From IMG/VR virus record IMGVR_UViG_3300036828_000344, positions 1-62,780 of that record: DNA of 62,780 bases. The stretch is one strand, 5' to 3'. This DNA comes from a virus (taxonomy: Duplodnaviria; Caudoviricetes). Position numbers and translations under genes: made by a program. Shown one piece after another: positions 38,091 to 47,675 of this stretch (position 1 is its first letter; each line of letters begins with the position of its first letter). The notes under the pieces were generated by a model, which was not told where the DNA came from, did no database searches, and saw only the letters and a list, made by a program, of their open reading frames with translations.

Positions 38091-38552
38091 GTGCTTCTGT
38101 CGACAGGCCAGCTATTCGCTTATGCCGAGCAGCAGGCCCTCAACGCGGTATTCCTCAAGTCGCAGAGCCCTCCGGCCGGGCCGACCTATCTAGCGCTGTC
38201 GACAGCGGCTCCGGCTGGCGTACTCAACTCGAATGAGCTGACTATGGCCGGCGCTTCAATCAATGAGTGTCCGACCTCTTCCGGCTATGCCCGGCAGAAC
38301 TATGGGCCGGTACCGGCCACACTAGCCTCGCCATCGCTGATCTACAATTCGGCGCAGATTACCTGGGGCCCATTCACGGCCGCTCCGGGCACCTGTAGCT
38401 GGGCTATCTGCTGCGACTCCGCGAGCGGTGGGGCCGCGAATGCTATTGCGTCATTCCTTATGTCTTCCTCGCGGACGCCGGCCATCGGAGATAGCCTGCA
38501 GGCCATAGCAGGTACTGGCGCAGCCGGCACAGGCTTTATCTGTCAGGTGTGA
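38091..38552 (+). CDS. Putative virion structural protein (tail-fibre-associated type)
   Basis: YLALST..P, GYARQ and N...ITW pattern. Confidence 0.6.
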   Translation: MLLSTGQLFAYAEQQALNAVFLKSQSPPAGPTYLALSTAAPAGVLNSNELTMAGASINECPTSSGYARQNYGPVPATLASPSLIYNSAQITWGPFTAAPGTCSWAICCDSASGGAANAIASFLMSSSRTPAIGDSLQAIAGTGAAGTGFICQV

Positions 38553-38839
38553 TTATGCGACTCCCAGTCAGCCTAGCCGTTCCCGACCTCCGGCTACCGC
38601 GCGCTGCTCCGTGTAGCGCACTAGTCTTTGCCGGACAGAAGATTGAGTGTGGAGCTACCCCATCCAGTCTCTACCTACGATCGTGCGGCGTGCCCAGTCA
38701 TGAGCGCAGGATCTGGCTGTGTCCGGTCCATGCCGCCATAGCGGCCTCCGGCGCAGCGCTCTGTCGTGAGTGTGGCGCTCGCGCCGGTGTGCGGGCTGTC
38801 CGGCTAGTCCGGCTGACCGCTCCGGTACGGCTCCCGTGA
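38549..38839 (+). CDS. Cys-rich hypothetical protein
   Basis: GTGA overlap; LCPVH and CREC motifs. Confidence 0.45.
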   Translation: MIMRLPVSLAVPDLRLPRAAPCSALVFAGQKIECGATPSSLYLRSCGVPSHERRIWLCPVHAAIAASGAALCRECGARAGVRAVRLVRLTAPVRLP

Positions 38840-38963
38840 ACGGCACAGCGCGGCCGCAGAGTCCAACGGAGGCTAGCTCGCGCGCTCGCGGCCTCCGTCC
38901 GTCCGTCCGGGGCCGCTCCGTCGCTCTCCGGGCCGTACAGAGCCCGTCAATAGTGGAGGAATT

Positions 38964-39239
38964 ATGGTAGCTGGTAGGGAAGCATCGCCCGCAGACGTCA
39001 AATCGACCGAACGGCTGATGAAGTACTGGGCAGAAGGCCCAGGAGCCGCTAAGGTCCAATGGGGCGTGCCGGGAGACTTTGACCGGTGTGTAACGGAGCT
39101 GTCTAAGTACGTCGGCCCTGGCACTGTCAAAGGCCTGTGCGCAAACCTACATCACCGTGCGACCGGAGGCTGGCCGGGCCACGCTCCCGGTGTTGAGGAG
39201 GCCGCAGCGAAGGCGAAGGCAGCTGAGCATAAAAGCTAG
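38964..39239 (+). CDS. Conserved actinophage head-region hypothetical protein
   Basis: YW..G.GAAK..WG.PGDF.RC...GLCANLH..ATG.WPG. Confidence 0.75.
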   Translation: MVAGREASPADVKSTERLMKYWAEGPGAAKVQWGVPGDFDRCVTELSKYVGPGTVKGLCANLHHRATGGWPGHAPGVEEAAAKAKAAEHKS

Positions 39240-39320
39240 TCTTCCCTTATGACGGCCGAGGGGTTATTATCCCGCTAGTAACGCGCGAGCTTAGGCCGCA
39301 TCGCGCCTGGAGGGGCATCG

Positions 39321-39929
39321 ATGAGCGAATCAGCAGCAGAAGGTCAGGACGGAGCCGGAACGGCTCAGGCTGATGGCGTGCAGGGAACGTCCGAAACGGA
39401 CACCGAGGACGCTGATGCTGCGCAGTTGCTCGGCGGTATGCTCAAAGATCCGGAAGCGCTCGCGGCTGAGCTGGACAGGATCAAGAAAGAATCGCGCAAG
39501 TGGGAAGGTCGCGCCAAGGCCAATTCAGAGGCCGCGAGCAAGCTGCAGGAAATCGAGAACGCCAACAAGACGGAGCTTGAGAAGGCTCAGCAGGCGGCAG
39601 CCGATGCTGCACAGCAGAGGGATGCCGCGCTCGCCACTCATGCCCGCGTCATGGCGGCCGCAGCTCACAACCTTCCCGTTGAACTCATCGATCACCTCGG
39701 CTCCGGAACGGAAGAGGAAATCAATGAGCGGGCTGAGGCAATCGCGAAGGCTATTGATGAACGGGCAAACGCGATTGCCGAGCAGCTAGTAGCAAATGCA
39801 GCAGCAGGCCGGAACGGCATGCCTATGGGCGCACGCCCAGTCGAATCCCTCAGGCCAGGATCTGCGCCGGCAAGCGGCGGAACGCCGCAGACGCCAGATC
39901 AGTGGTTCAGGAAACTGCTAGGGCAATAG
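39321..39929 (+). CDS. Capsid scaffolding protein
   Basis: Acidic N-terminus, SRKWE.RAK.N coiled coil, KTELEKA; lies before the major capsid gene. Confidence 0.88.
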   Translation: MSESAAEGQDGAGTAQADGVQGTSETDTEDADAAQLLGGMLKDPEALAAELDRIKKESRKWEGRAKANSEAASKLQEIENANKTELEKAQQAAADAAQQRDAALATHARVMAAAAHNLPVELIDHLGSGTEEEINERAEAIAKAIDERANAIAEQLVANAAAGRNGMPMGARPVESLRPGSAPASGGTPQTPDQWFRKLLGQ

Positions 39930-39974
39930 CTAGTGCGCCTTGCGCCGTGAGGCGCGCGGAGAGGCCGTTCAGGC

Positions 39975-41198
39975 ATGACAACCTACAACCAGGGCATATT
40001 CCGCTCAGGCGGTACCCCTGACCCACTAGTCCCGCAGCCGCTCGCGGCCGACATCATTCAGGAAGCGCCCAAGGCAAGCGCGGCGCTGAGCCTGATGAAC
40101 CGCACAACCCTCTCGTCCAAGACCCAGCGAATGCCGGTGCTCGATGTCCTCCCGGTCGCGTACTGGGTGGGTGGCGACACAGGCATGAAGCAGACCAGCC
40201 AGCAGCAGTGGAAGAACGTCATCATGGTCGTTGAGGAACTGGCGTGCATCGTGCCGATTCCGGAGGCGTACCTGGATGACGCAGATGTGCCGCTCTGGGC
40301 CCAGGTTCAGCCGCGCCTAACGGAAGCGGTCGGCGCGCTGATCGACGCAGCCGTGCTCTGGGGCATCGGCAAGCCGGCCACCTGGGGTGAGTCGGTATTC
40401 ACCGGAGCTACCAAGTCCGGCCACTGGACCACTGAGGGCACCGGCACCGACCTCGGCGTTGATGTGTCGGTCCTTGGCCAGCAGATGGCGCAGTCCGGCT
40501 ACACGCTCAACGGTTTTGCGGCGATGCCGGGCATGAGCTGGAAGCTCACCGGGCTCCGGTCGGCGCAGGGCGTGCCGATCTACAACCCGGACATGTCGTC
40601 CAGCAATACCGGCCGTGGCCTGTACGGATACGACCTGGCCGAGATCAACAACGGCTCGTGGCAGATGCCAACGGCCGGAGCGCTGCTGCTCGCGGGCGAC
40701 TTCACCAAGTCGATCATCGGCATCCGGAACGACATCAGCTTCAAGATGTTCTCGGAAGGCGTCATCTCCGACGATACCGGCAAGGTCATCCTCAACCTCA
40801 TGCAGCAGGACTCCGTGGCGATGCGCATGACCATGCGGCTCGCCTACGCGACCGTCAACCCGGTCACGATCATGCAGCCCGGCTCCGCAATCACCGCTCG
40901 CTGGCCGTTCGGTGCGGTGCTCGGTGTCGGCACGACTGCTCCGGCCGGAGGCGCGATCAACGTCATCGGTACGTACCCAGGCGGTACGCTGCTGGCGGAC
41001 GGGCAGCTGGTTGAGGACGAGGAAGCCCTGGAGAAGCGGCACGCATTCGAGCGCGAGCAGCTGGAGCAGCGCAAGGCTGCCGCCAAGGAAACCAGGGACA
41101 GGACTGCCGCAGTCGAGCAGGGCCAGGGTGGCGGCAGTGACGAGGACGAGGACAAGGGCAAGCGCGAGCGCGAGCCCGCCAGGCAGACACGCCGGTAG
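39975..41198 (+). CDS. Major capsid protein (HK97 fold)
   Basis: PVL...P.AYWV, EELA.IVPIPE..LDD, GDF, NL.QQD.VA.R..MR.A. Confidence 0.93.
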   Translation: MTTYNQGIFRSGGTPDPLVPQPLAADIIQEAPKASAALSLMNRTTLSSKTQRMPVLDVLPVAYWVGGDTGMKQTSQQQWKNVIMVVEELACIVPIPEAYLDDADVPLWAQVQPRLTEAVGALIDAAVLWGIGKPATWGESVFTGATKSGHWTTEGTGTDLGVDVSVLGQQMAQSGYTLNGFAAMPGMSWKLTGLRSAQGVPIYNPDMSSSNTGRGLYGYDLAEINNGSWQMPTAGALLLAGDFTKSIIGIRNDISFKMFSEGVISDDTGKVILNLMQQDSVAMRMTMRLAYATVNPVTIMQPGSAITARWPFGAVLGVGTTAPAGGAINVIGTYPGGTLLADGQLVEDEEALEKRHAFEREQLEQRKAAAKETRDRTAAVEQGQGGGSDEDEDKGKREREPARQTRR

Positions 41199-41200
41199 TC

Positions 41201-41854
41201 GTGACTACGCCAACGCTGCCTAGCCTCGCCACGTCAGATGATATCGTGGCGAGGCTGGGCCGCAGCCTCAATCAGGTGGAGTCTGCGCGGGTTGATGCGC
41301 TACTCCAGGATGGCTCAGCCCTTGTCCGGCGTTACTGCCGCGAGGACTTTGTCTGGTATGACTCCGACCAGATTACCATAGCCGGAGATGGCGGCATTAT
41401 CAAGCTGCCATGGAGACCGATCGGCCAGATACTGTCGGTCACTGCGCAGTCTGGTGTTGCCGGCATTCCGGACATTCCGGTTACCTGGTACCATTTCGAC
41501 GGTATCGACAAGGTGACCGTAATGAATCCGGGCCGTTCCGGGATTATCAATCTCCCGGAATTCTGGTATGAAGAGTCATTCTGGTGGGGTGGCTCATTCG
41601 ACGTAGCGGCCTCGCACGGCTATAACCAGACGCCAGATGACGTCATTGCCGTGCTATGTACCGCGATTATCTCAGAGCTATCGGCTCCGACATTGTCCTA
41701 TTCGCTTGCGAGCGAGTCTGTTGGGGCTTATAGCTATACAATGCGCCGTACCGGTAGTGGCGCAGGCTTGAATGCTGCGCTTATCGATGCCGGCATGAAG
41801 ACTGCCCTAGCTGATTACCGGCAGGGCCAGGGAACAATTCAGGTAAGGATGTGA
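41201..41854 (+). CDS. Head-to-tail adaptor
   Basis: LAT.DD...RLGR.L and SESVGAYSY; position. Confidence 0.82.
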   Translation: MTTPTLPSLATSDDIVARLGRSLNQVESARVDALLQDGSALVRRYCREDFVWYDSDQITIAGDGGIIKLPWRPIGQILSVTAQSGVAGIPDIPVTWYHFDGIDKVTVMNPGRSGIINLPEFWYEESFWWGGSFDVAASHGYNQTPDDVIAVLCTAIISELSAPTLSYSLASESVGAYSYTMRRTGSGAGLNAALIDAGMKTALADYRQGQGTIQVRM

Positions 41855-41855
41855 C

Positions 41856-42140
41856 ATGGCAGTCTCCTGCGATATCAATGCGACTCCGCTCGCGCCGAAC
41901 CATGGCGATACGGTAACGGTCGTCTATACGGTTACCGGCAACGACCCTATTGACCCAACTTCTGGGTCCATTACCGGTACCGTCACGGTTGGCGGCGTGG
42001 AGTATGTCGCCGCGACCACAATCACGCTTCCGGGTACTCCGTCCGCGTCCGTCAGCTACGGCACGCCGGTCGATGAGACTGGTACGCTCGCGTTCACGTC
42101 TACGGCCGACCCAGCAACATTCACCGCTGTCGTTCCGTGA
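41856..42140 (+). CDS. Small beta-rich virion-associated protein
   Basis: Thr/Val-rich; position in the neck gene region. Confidence 0.55.
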   Translation: MAVSCDINATPLAPNHGDTVTVVYTVTGNDPIDPTSGSITGTVTVGGVEYVAATTITLPGTPSASVSYGTPVDETGTLAFTSTADPATFTAVVP

Positions 42141-42224
42141 CCGTAGTCATTGCCGGCTCTGTAACCGTGGGAGGCGTTCAGTACGCCTGCCAATGTACTG
42201 TCGATCTTCCGGAGGTGAGCGCAG

Positions 42225-42566
42225 ATGACGTTTCCGTACGGCCAGACGGTGACGCTGATTAGCCGTACCGTCTCCGGACAGGACGATTACAACAACGACG
42301 TTTATGCTGAAACGTCAGTTGATATATTTCCGTGTGTAGTCCAGCCAGCCGGAACGACTGAGGCAGTTCAGTGGACGGATCAGGTCAGTACGGACCTCGC
42401 GATATTCATGCCGTATGGTACCGATATTGAGGCTGTTGATGCGGTCTTGTATAACGGGCTTCGCTATGAGGTTCAGGGCAAGACAATTGACTGGATCTCA
42501 CCATTCACCGGCCGTGTTTCTCCGGTACAGATTAGGGTCAGCCTCATTACCGGAGCGTCAGTATGA
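42225..42566 (+). CDS. Head-to-tail stopper
   Basis: D.Y.N, YEVQG...W.SPFTG; position. Confidence 0.8.
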   Translation: MTFPYGQTVTLISRTVSGQDDYNNDVYAETSVDIFPCVVQPAGTTEAVQWTDQVSTDLAIFMPYGTDIEAVDAVLYNGLRYEVQGKTIDWISPFTGRVSPVQIRVSLITGASV

Positions 42567-42886
42567 CTGCGACCTTTACCCCAGACCATACCGGTGTTGG
42601 TGAGATGCTTGACTCGCGGATGATGGAAGGTGCGATGCTTACCGTCGCGGGAGGTATCCTAACGCGAGCTATCGCCATTGCGCCGGTCGATGAGAAGAGC
42701 CCGCATCCGGGCCGTTACCGGGCTAGCTTCCACATTCGCTCTCACCTACATGGTGGCGCGAAGAATGACCGCGCCGAGGCAATTGTCTACAATAGCGCTC
42801 CAGAGGCTCCGTTTGTGGAATGGGGTAACTGGGGCGATGAGCCAGAGCATATTCTGGCGCGAGCAGCCTTTGTGGGGATACGATGA
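42563..42886 (+). CDS. HK97 gp10-like neck/tail completion protein
   Basis: APVD...G.YR.S, A.FVEWG and HILARA. Confidence 0.75.
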   Translation: MTATFTPDHTGVGEMLDSRMMEGAMLTVAGGILTRAIAIAPVDEKSPHPGRYRASFHIRSHLHGGAKNDRAEAIVYNSAPEAPFVEWGNWGDEPEHILARAAFVGIR

Positions 42887-43272
42887 CAATTCCGGCATTC
42901 CCAGATATTGAGCTGATGCTGATATCCTATCTGGTACCGGCCAATCCCAGCATGAGGTTTGCGACAATTCTGCCGGCCGGAAATCCAGAAGTCATTACCG
43001 CTCGCATTCACCGGACGGCCGGAGCGAACCGGGATATTGCTGTTGACCGTCCTGTTGTTGATGTCGATGTATTCGGCCAGAAAGACAGTATGAATGACGT
43101 TTCTAATGCGGCGCTTCTGATTCAGTCACAGATCCTGTCGCTAATGGGAGCCGTTCTATCGAATGGAGTAGTTCAGCACGCAACAACGGTTATCGGCCCA
43201 CGACAGCTACCGGAGGCAAATCCAGCACTAGTCCGCTACTCCGCATCGTATGAGATACTCGTACACTCCTGA
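42883..43272 (+). CDS. Tail terminator
   Basis: Position before the major tail gene; G..R...D.P.VDVDVF and RY.ASY. Confidence 0.75.
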   Translation: MTIPAFPDIELMLISYLVPANPSMRFATILPAGNPEVITARIHRTAGANRDIAVDRPVVDVDVFGQKDSMNDVSNAALLIQSQILSLMGAVLSNGVVQHATTVIGPRQLPEANPALVRYSASYEILVHS

Positions 43273-43283
43273 AAGGGAAAGCA

Positions 43284-44009
43284 ATGTCAGACGCAAAGCA
43301 GCAAGATGATGTCGGTGAAATGGGTGTCTATGAAATCGAGCAGTTCGGGCTCACCGTTCCGGCGACCGGCACCTACAAGGACAACACGCTCATCTACGCG
43401 GCCGGTGACGTTGTGGTCTGGGTCGGCCAGCCCAACAACGCCTCGCCGCCAGTCGGATTCGAGGACCCATCGTCACTCGGCACCGGCATCTACAAGTGCC
43501 TGGGATGGGTCGATACCTCCGGCTACATCTTCAAGCTCGATGAGACCATCAAGGACATCCCGGCCGCAGGCGTCCTAACGCCGGTTCGCTCCATCCTTAC
43601 CGGAGGCTCCAAGACCGTCCAGTGTGTCTTCCTGGAGGGCCAGAATCCATATGTTCTCTCGCTGTACGACGATGTGCCGGTGTTCCCGGTCACGACCTCG
43701 CCGCTCAAGCCAGCCGCAACGCCTCCGGTCGGGCTCGGCCCGAATGCTGCGACCTACATCATCCCAGACCCACCGGCCGATAACCGGTACAGCTTCATCT
43801 TCGACAGCATCGACGGAGCCAAGCAGCAGCGGCTGTACGCTCCGTTCGCGAAGGTCACAGCGCGAGGGACCAACCAGGCTCAGCAGGGTGACATCACCAT
43901 GACCGACATGACGGTCACCTGCTATCCCGGTATCATCGGCACAACGCCAAACGCCGTACTGCAGCGCTCCGTCGGCTACGGCAAGAGCATGACGGCGTAC
44001 TTCACGTGA
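43284..44009 (+). CDS. Major tail protein
   Basis: LGW....G, PVR, DG....R.Y.P...VT, T.YP; position. Confidence 0.85.
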   Translation: MSDAKQQDDVGEMGVYEIEQFGLTVPATGTYKDNTLIYAAGDVVVWVGQPNNASPPVGFEDPSSLGTGIYKCLGWVDTSGYIFKLDETIKDIPAAGVLTPVRSILTGGSKTVQCVFLEGQNPYVLSLYDDVPVFPVTTSPLKPAATPPVGLGPNAATYIIPDPPADNRYSFIFDSIDGAKQQRLYAPFAKVTARGTNQAQQGDITMTDMTVTCYPGIIGTTPNAVLQRSVGYGKSMTAYFT

Positions 44010-44386
44010 GCGCTGAGGAGATCCGCGCGGCCGATGAGCCGGGCGATGAGGTCGATGTCGATGTTGACCTTGACCTACTGGATACTGCGCTCCGTCGCGA
44101 GGCTCTTGGCGAGTCCACGACCGTGCGCATCGGCGGTACCATCATCCACATAGCGCACGCCGGAGACTGGTCGAGCAGCGCTATGCGCGCGACCGCGACC
44201 GGTGACTGGGACACGTGGGCTCGCGAGGTTATCGCGGACGACAACGAATTCCAGGCGTGGGAGGATGCCGACCTCCGCAACTACCAGATCGAAGCGGTAT
44301 TCAGTGAGTGTGGCCGGCAGGCGCGACTCAACATGGGAAAATCCAGAAGGTCGGCTGGCTCACGCAGGAGTGGCCGGAGGAAATAG
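44006..44386 (+). CDS. Tail assembly chaperone (G)
   Basis: Position; ends near the slippery GGGAAAA site. Confidence 0.85.
   Translation: MSAEEIRAADEPGDEVDVDVDLDLLDTALRREALGESTTVRIGGTIIHIAHAGDWSSSAMRATATGDWDTWAREVIADDNEFQAWEDADLRNYQIEAVFSECGRQARLNMGKSRRSAGSRRSGRRK
44335..44341 (+). other. -1 programmed ribosomal frameshift site GGGAAAA
   Basis: G GGA AAA in the chaperone frame; the -1 frame stays open to 44862. Confidence 0.85.
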
Positions 44387-44862
44387 AAGCAGACCTGCAC
44401 AGGTATTACGGGCTTGACCTGGTACAGTTCTATCGTCCGGGCTCCGGCCTATCCTGGCGCAAGCTGCTCGTCCTGGTGAGTCACCTACCTCCGGAGAGCG
44501 CTTTGAATACCGCAGTGCGGAATGCGACGCCAGAGGAAAGGCTGCTGGCGAATTCAGGCGACCCTGCTGATGCTCCCTGGAGCAATGTCGAGAGCCTTCT
44601 GGCTACGTTCATTGATGAGCTACGGCAGCTGTCCTGGATGTACGCGAGCGCTCACACGGACTCCGGTACAGTGCCTAGGCCGGAGCCGATTCGCCGGCCA
44701 GGGCTCTCCCGGAGGCGTAAGCGCGGTATGTCGCCGGAGAGCATTAAGGCTCTTGACCCACGACTGCGGGCCGTTCCGGATGATCAGGTACAGGATGCCC
44801 TTGATGCACTTACTGGGAGGGGTGCGTTATGGCTGCTGGTGATATTTTCGTCGGTAACGTAG
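44335..44862 (+). CDS. Tail assembly chaperone frameshift extension (GT)
   Basis: IEADL.RYYG.DL, L...LP.ES and P.PI.RPG. Confidence 0.82.
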   Translation, partial: GKIQKVGWLTQEWPEEIEADLHRYYGLDLVQFYRPGSGLSWRKLLVLVSHLPPESALNTAVRNATPEERLLANSGDPADAPWSNVESLLATFIDELRQLSWMYASAHTDSGTVPRPEPIRRPGLSRRRKRGMSPESIKALDPRLRAVPDDQVQDALDALTGRGALWLLVIFSSVT

Positions 44863-47675
44863 CCGTTGGCGTAGTCCCTGATGCTCGTGGGTGGAACCAG
44901 AAGCTCCGGGCTGAGCTGGTTCCATCCTCGGCTGCGGTCGGTGAAGAGGTCGGCAGTACCATAGGTCGTGGCATCACCAGCAAGATGGGCGATGCCGGCA
45001 CAAAGGCCGGAGGCGCATTTGAGGAGACGTTCAAAAAGCGAGTCAAGGCCGCACTCGATGCGCTACCGGAGGATGCGACTGGACCTATTGCCGATCTTCG
45101 CGCAAAGCTAAAGGCACTGTATGATTCTGATATCATCGACAGTGATAAGGCCGTCCGCGAGCTAATCAAGATAGACACGGCCCTCAAGGATGTCAGCAAG
45201 AATGCGAAGGACATCCGGCTAACCTTCGACACAACGGAAGCCAGGGCGCAGCTCGCGCTACTGCGACGGGATGTCGGCAAGGAAGGCTCTGGAGCTAGCG
45301 GTGGCGGCGGAATCCTCGGCGGGATCTCCGGGATATTCGGTGGCGGAGGGGCAGCTGCGGCACAGGCACCGCAGGCAGCTGCTCCGGCTGCCGGCGTATT
45401 TTCCAATCCATACGTGATAGCCGGAGCGGTAGCAGCCGCGCTCGCGGCTCTCCCATTCATAGCGCAGGCAGCGGCCGGAGCTATCGTTGCTGCACTAGGT
45501 GGCGCAATTCTTGGGATAGGCGTTATCGGCGCGATTATGACCGGTAAGCTTACCAAGCAGTTTGACTCATTCAAGACTAGCGCCAGTGATGACCTGAAGA
45601 ATATCGGGCAGGCCTTTGTCCCAGTCTTGCAGTCTATCCTAACGACAGCACAGGGAGTCCTCAAGTACCTAACGCCGGTATTCAAGGCTGCGGCCGCGAC
45701 CATAGCCGGTCCATTCAAGATATTCTCGGATACCATACTCAGAGCATTCATGCAGCCTGCCGTAAAGAAATCAATCCAGGATATCGCGGATGCGTTCTCG
45801 GCCGTTATGAAGGCATTCACGCCGGACGTTCCCGGCATCATGCAGTCGTTTGCGGAGGCCGTCTCGCGGCTCGCTAAGGCTGTGGCTGCTAACCCAAAGG
45901 CTTTTGCGGATTTCCTCAACTTTGTATTCCAGCTAATCATCATGCTGATCGACGCAATTGCCTGGCTGACGAGGTTCGCGAATTACATTGAGCAGCGGTT
46001 CATCCCGGCCATTCAGCATCTTGTGAGTTACTGGATCGGAGCCGGGCACGCTATTGAGTCTGCCTGGGATACTACCTGGAACAATACGATCGGCCGGACG
46101 GAGCGAGGGCTCCACGATATTGCTGTCCTATTCGATAATCAGAGACATCAGATTGCGGCGGAAGTAGACCAGACTGGCCGGGATATCACCAATGTCTGGA
46201 ATTCGATCTGGAACAATACGGTCGGCCGTACCATACGTGGTGTTCATGATGTGCTGCGAGCCGCAGATGCGATCAGGGGAGTCCTTGATAGATGGCATGC
46301 GGTCGATTCGCCCTCGCGCCGGATCTGGGACGGAATGTGGTCTTACTTTGTCTCGGATACTATTCAGCGCGGGCGTGACATTGTTAGGTTTGTCAACAAT
46401 ATCGTCTCGGCGGTCATTGCTGCCTGGCGCTTCCTCGCGAACGTTTCTGCGGCGGTATGGAACCAGATATGGTCTAACACGGTAGGGCAGGCAATCAGGG
46501 GATATCAGGAGCTTTTGCCGGTATTCCGTACCATCGGCAATATGGTATCCAGTACATGGCACGTAATCGAGTCGGTCTCGTCCGCTATCTGGAACCAGAT
46601 ATGGTCTAATACCATAGGGCAGGCTATCCGTGGCGTTCAGTCTCTAACCGGAGTATTCAATACCATTCGCGGCAGGGTCGTCTCCGCGCTTAGCGGTGCG
46701 GGCTCGTGGCTTGTTGGTATTGGCGAGAGTATTATCCAGGGACTGCTCAGCGGCATCCAGAATGCTATGGGCGGTATCGGAGGCTGGCTCAAGTCACACG
46801 TTGTCGATCCAATCGTTGGTGCTGTAAAGCATTTCTTCGGTATTAGCTCGCCTGCGACCGTTATGATGCCGGTCGGCGCCAATATCATTCAGGGTGTCGT
46901 TCATGGCATGCTGACTTCCGGCGCTAATCTTGGCGGACTAGTCAAGACCATATTTGGAGGCTGGCCGCAGGCTCTCGGCTCGCTCGTGTCGAAGTCGCTT
47001 GTAGACATCACCAAACTACCGGCCAAGGCTCTGAGCGCGCTTGGATCGGTCGCCAGCAAGCTTGGTGGATTCTTTGCTAAGCTATTTGGCGGAGGTGGCG
47101 GCAGCGGGGTAAGCCGCTGGACCGGCGTGGTTATGCAGGCTCTCGCGCTTAACCATCTACCGATGTCACTCGCCGGCCAGGTTCTGCGCCAGATGTCGAC
47201 GGAGAGCGGCGGTAACCCCAACGCTATCAACCTTACCGACATCAATGCGCAGATGGGAGATCCGTCGCGCGGCCTACTCCAGACTATCGGCTCCACCTTC
47301 GCGGCATTCCACATTCCGGGCACCTCCGGCAATATCTATGATCCGCTCGCGAACGTCGCAGCCGCCATCAACTATGCGGCGCACACCTACGGTCCCAGCC
47401 TTATGCGCGGCGGTATGGGTATGGGCTCCGGGCACGGCTATGACAGCGGTGGCTGGCTTCCTCCAGGCGTGACGATGGCTGTCAACAGTACGCGCTACCC
47501 GGAGCTGGTACTGTCGCAGGACCAGATGCGCGAGGCCGTACTCAACGGAGGCGCGACCTACCATGCCCACTTCGACGGCCTAACCGGGGCCGCTATCGAG
47601 AGCCATGTGCGGACGGCCTTCCAGGCTATGTCCCTAACGTCCGGCAATCTTAACCGGCAGGGTAGGAGGCGTTAA
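44829..47675 (+). CDS. Tape measure protein with C-terminal SLT/transglycosylase-like domain
   Basis: Long Ala/Gly-rich helical protein with Trp-periodic repeats; ESGGNPNAIN...PSRGLLQ...TF. Confidence 0.93.
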   Translation: MAAGDIFVGNVAVGVVPDARGWNQKLRAELVPSSAAVGEEVGSTIGRGITSKMGDAGTKAGGAFEETFKKRVKAALDALPEDATGPIADLRAKLKALYDSDIIDSDKAVRELIKIDTALKDVSKNAKDIRLTFDTTEARAQLALLRRDVGKEGSGASGGGGILGGISGIFGGGGAAAAQAPQAAAPAAGVFSNPYVIAGAVAAALAALPFIAQAAAGAIVAALGGAILGIGVIGAIMTGKLTKQFDSFKTSASDDLKNIGQAFVPVLQSILTTAQGVLKYLTPVFKAAAATIAGPFKIFSDTILRAFMQPAVKKSIQDIADAFSAVMKAFTPDVPGIMQSFAEAVSRLAKAVAANPKAFADFLNFVFQLIIMLIDAIAWLTRFANYIEQRFIPAIQHLVSYWIGAGHAIESAWDTTWNNTIGRTERGLHDIAVLFDNQRHQIAAEVDQTGRDITNVWNSIWNNTVGRTIRGVHDVLRAADAIRGVLDRWHAVDSPSRRIWDGMWSYFVSDTIQRGRDIVRFVNNIVSAVIAAWRFLANVSAAVWNQIWSNTVGQAIRGYQELLPVFRTIGNMVSSTWHVIESVSSAIWNQIWSNTIGQAIRGVQSLTGVFNTIRGRVVSALSGAGSWLVGIGESIIQGLLSGIQNAMGGIGGWLKSHVVDPIVGAVKHFFGISSPATVMMPVGANIIQGVVHGMLTSGANLGGLVKTIFGGWPQALGSLVSKSLVDITKLPAKALSALGSVASKLGGFFAKLFGGGGGSGVSRWTGVVMQALALNHLPMSLAGQVLRQMSTESGGNPNAINLTDINAQMGDPSRGLLQTIGSTFAAFHIPGTSGNIYDPLANVAAAINYAAHTYGPSLMRGGMGMGSGHGYDSGGWLPPGVTMAVNSTRYPELVLSQDQMREAVLNGGATYHAHFDGLTGAAIESHVRTAFQAMSLTSGNLNRQGRRR

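Noticed and set aside
44810-45943. Long minus-strand ORF (377 aa)
   Set aside because: Antisense shadow of the tape measure gene.
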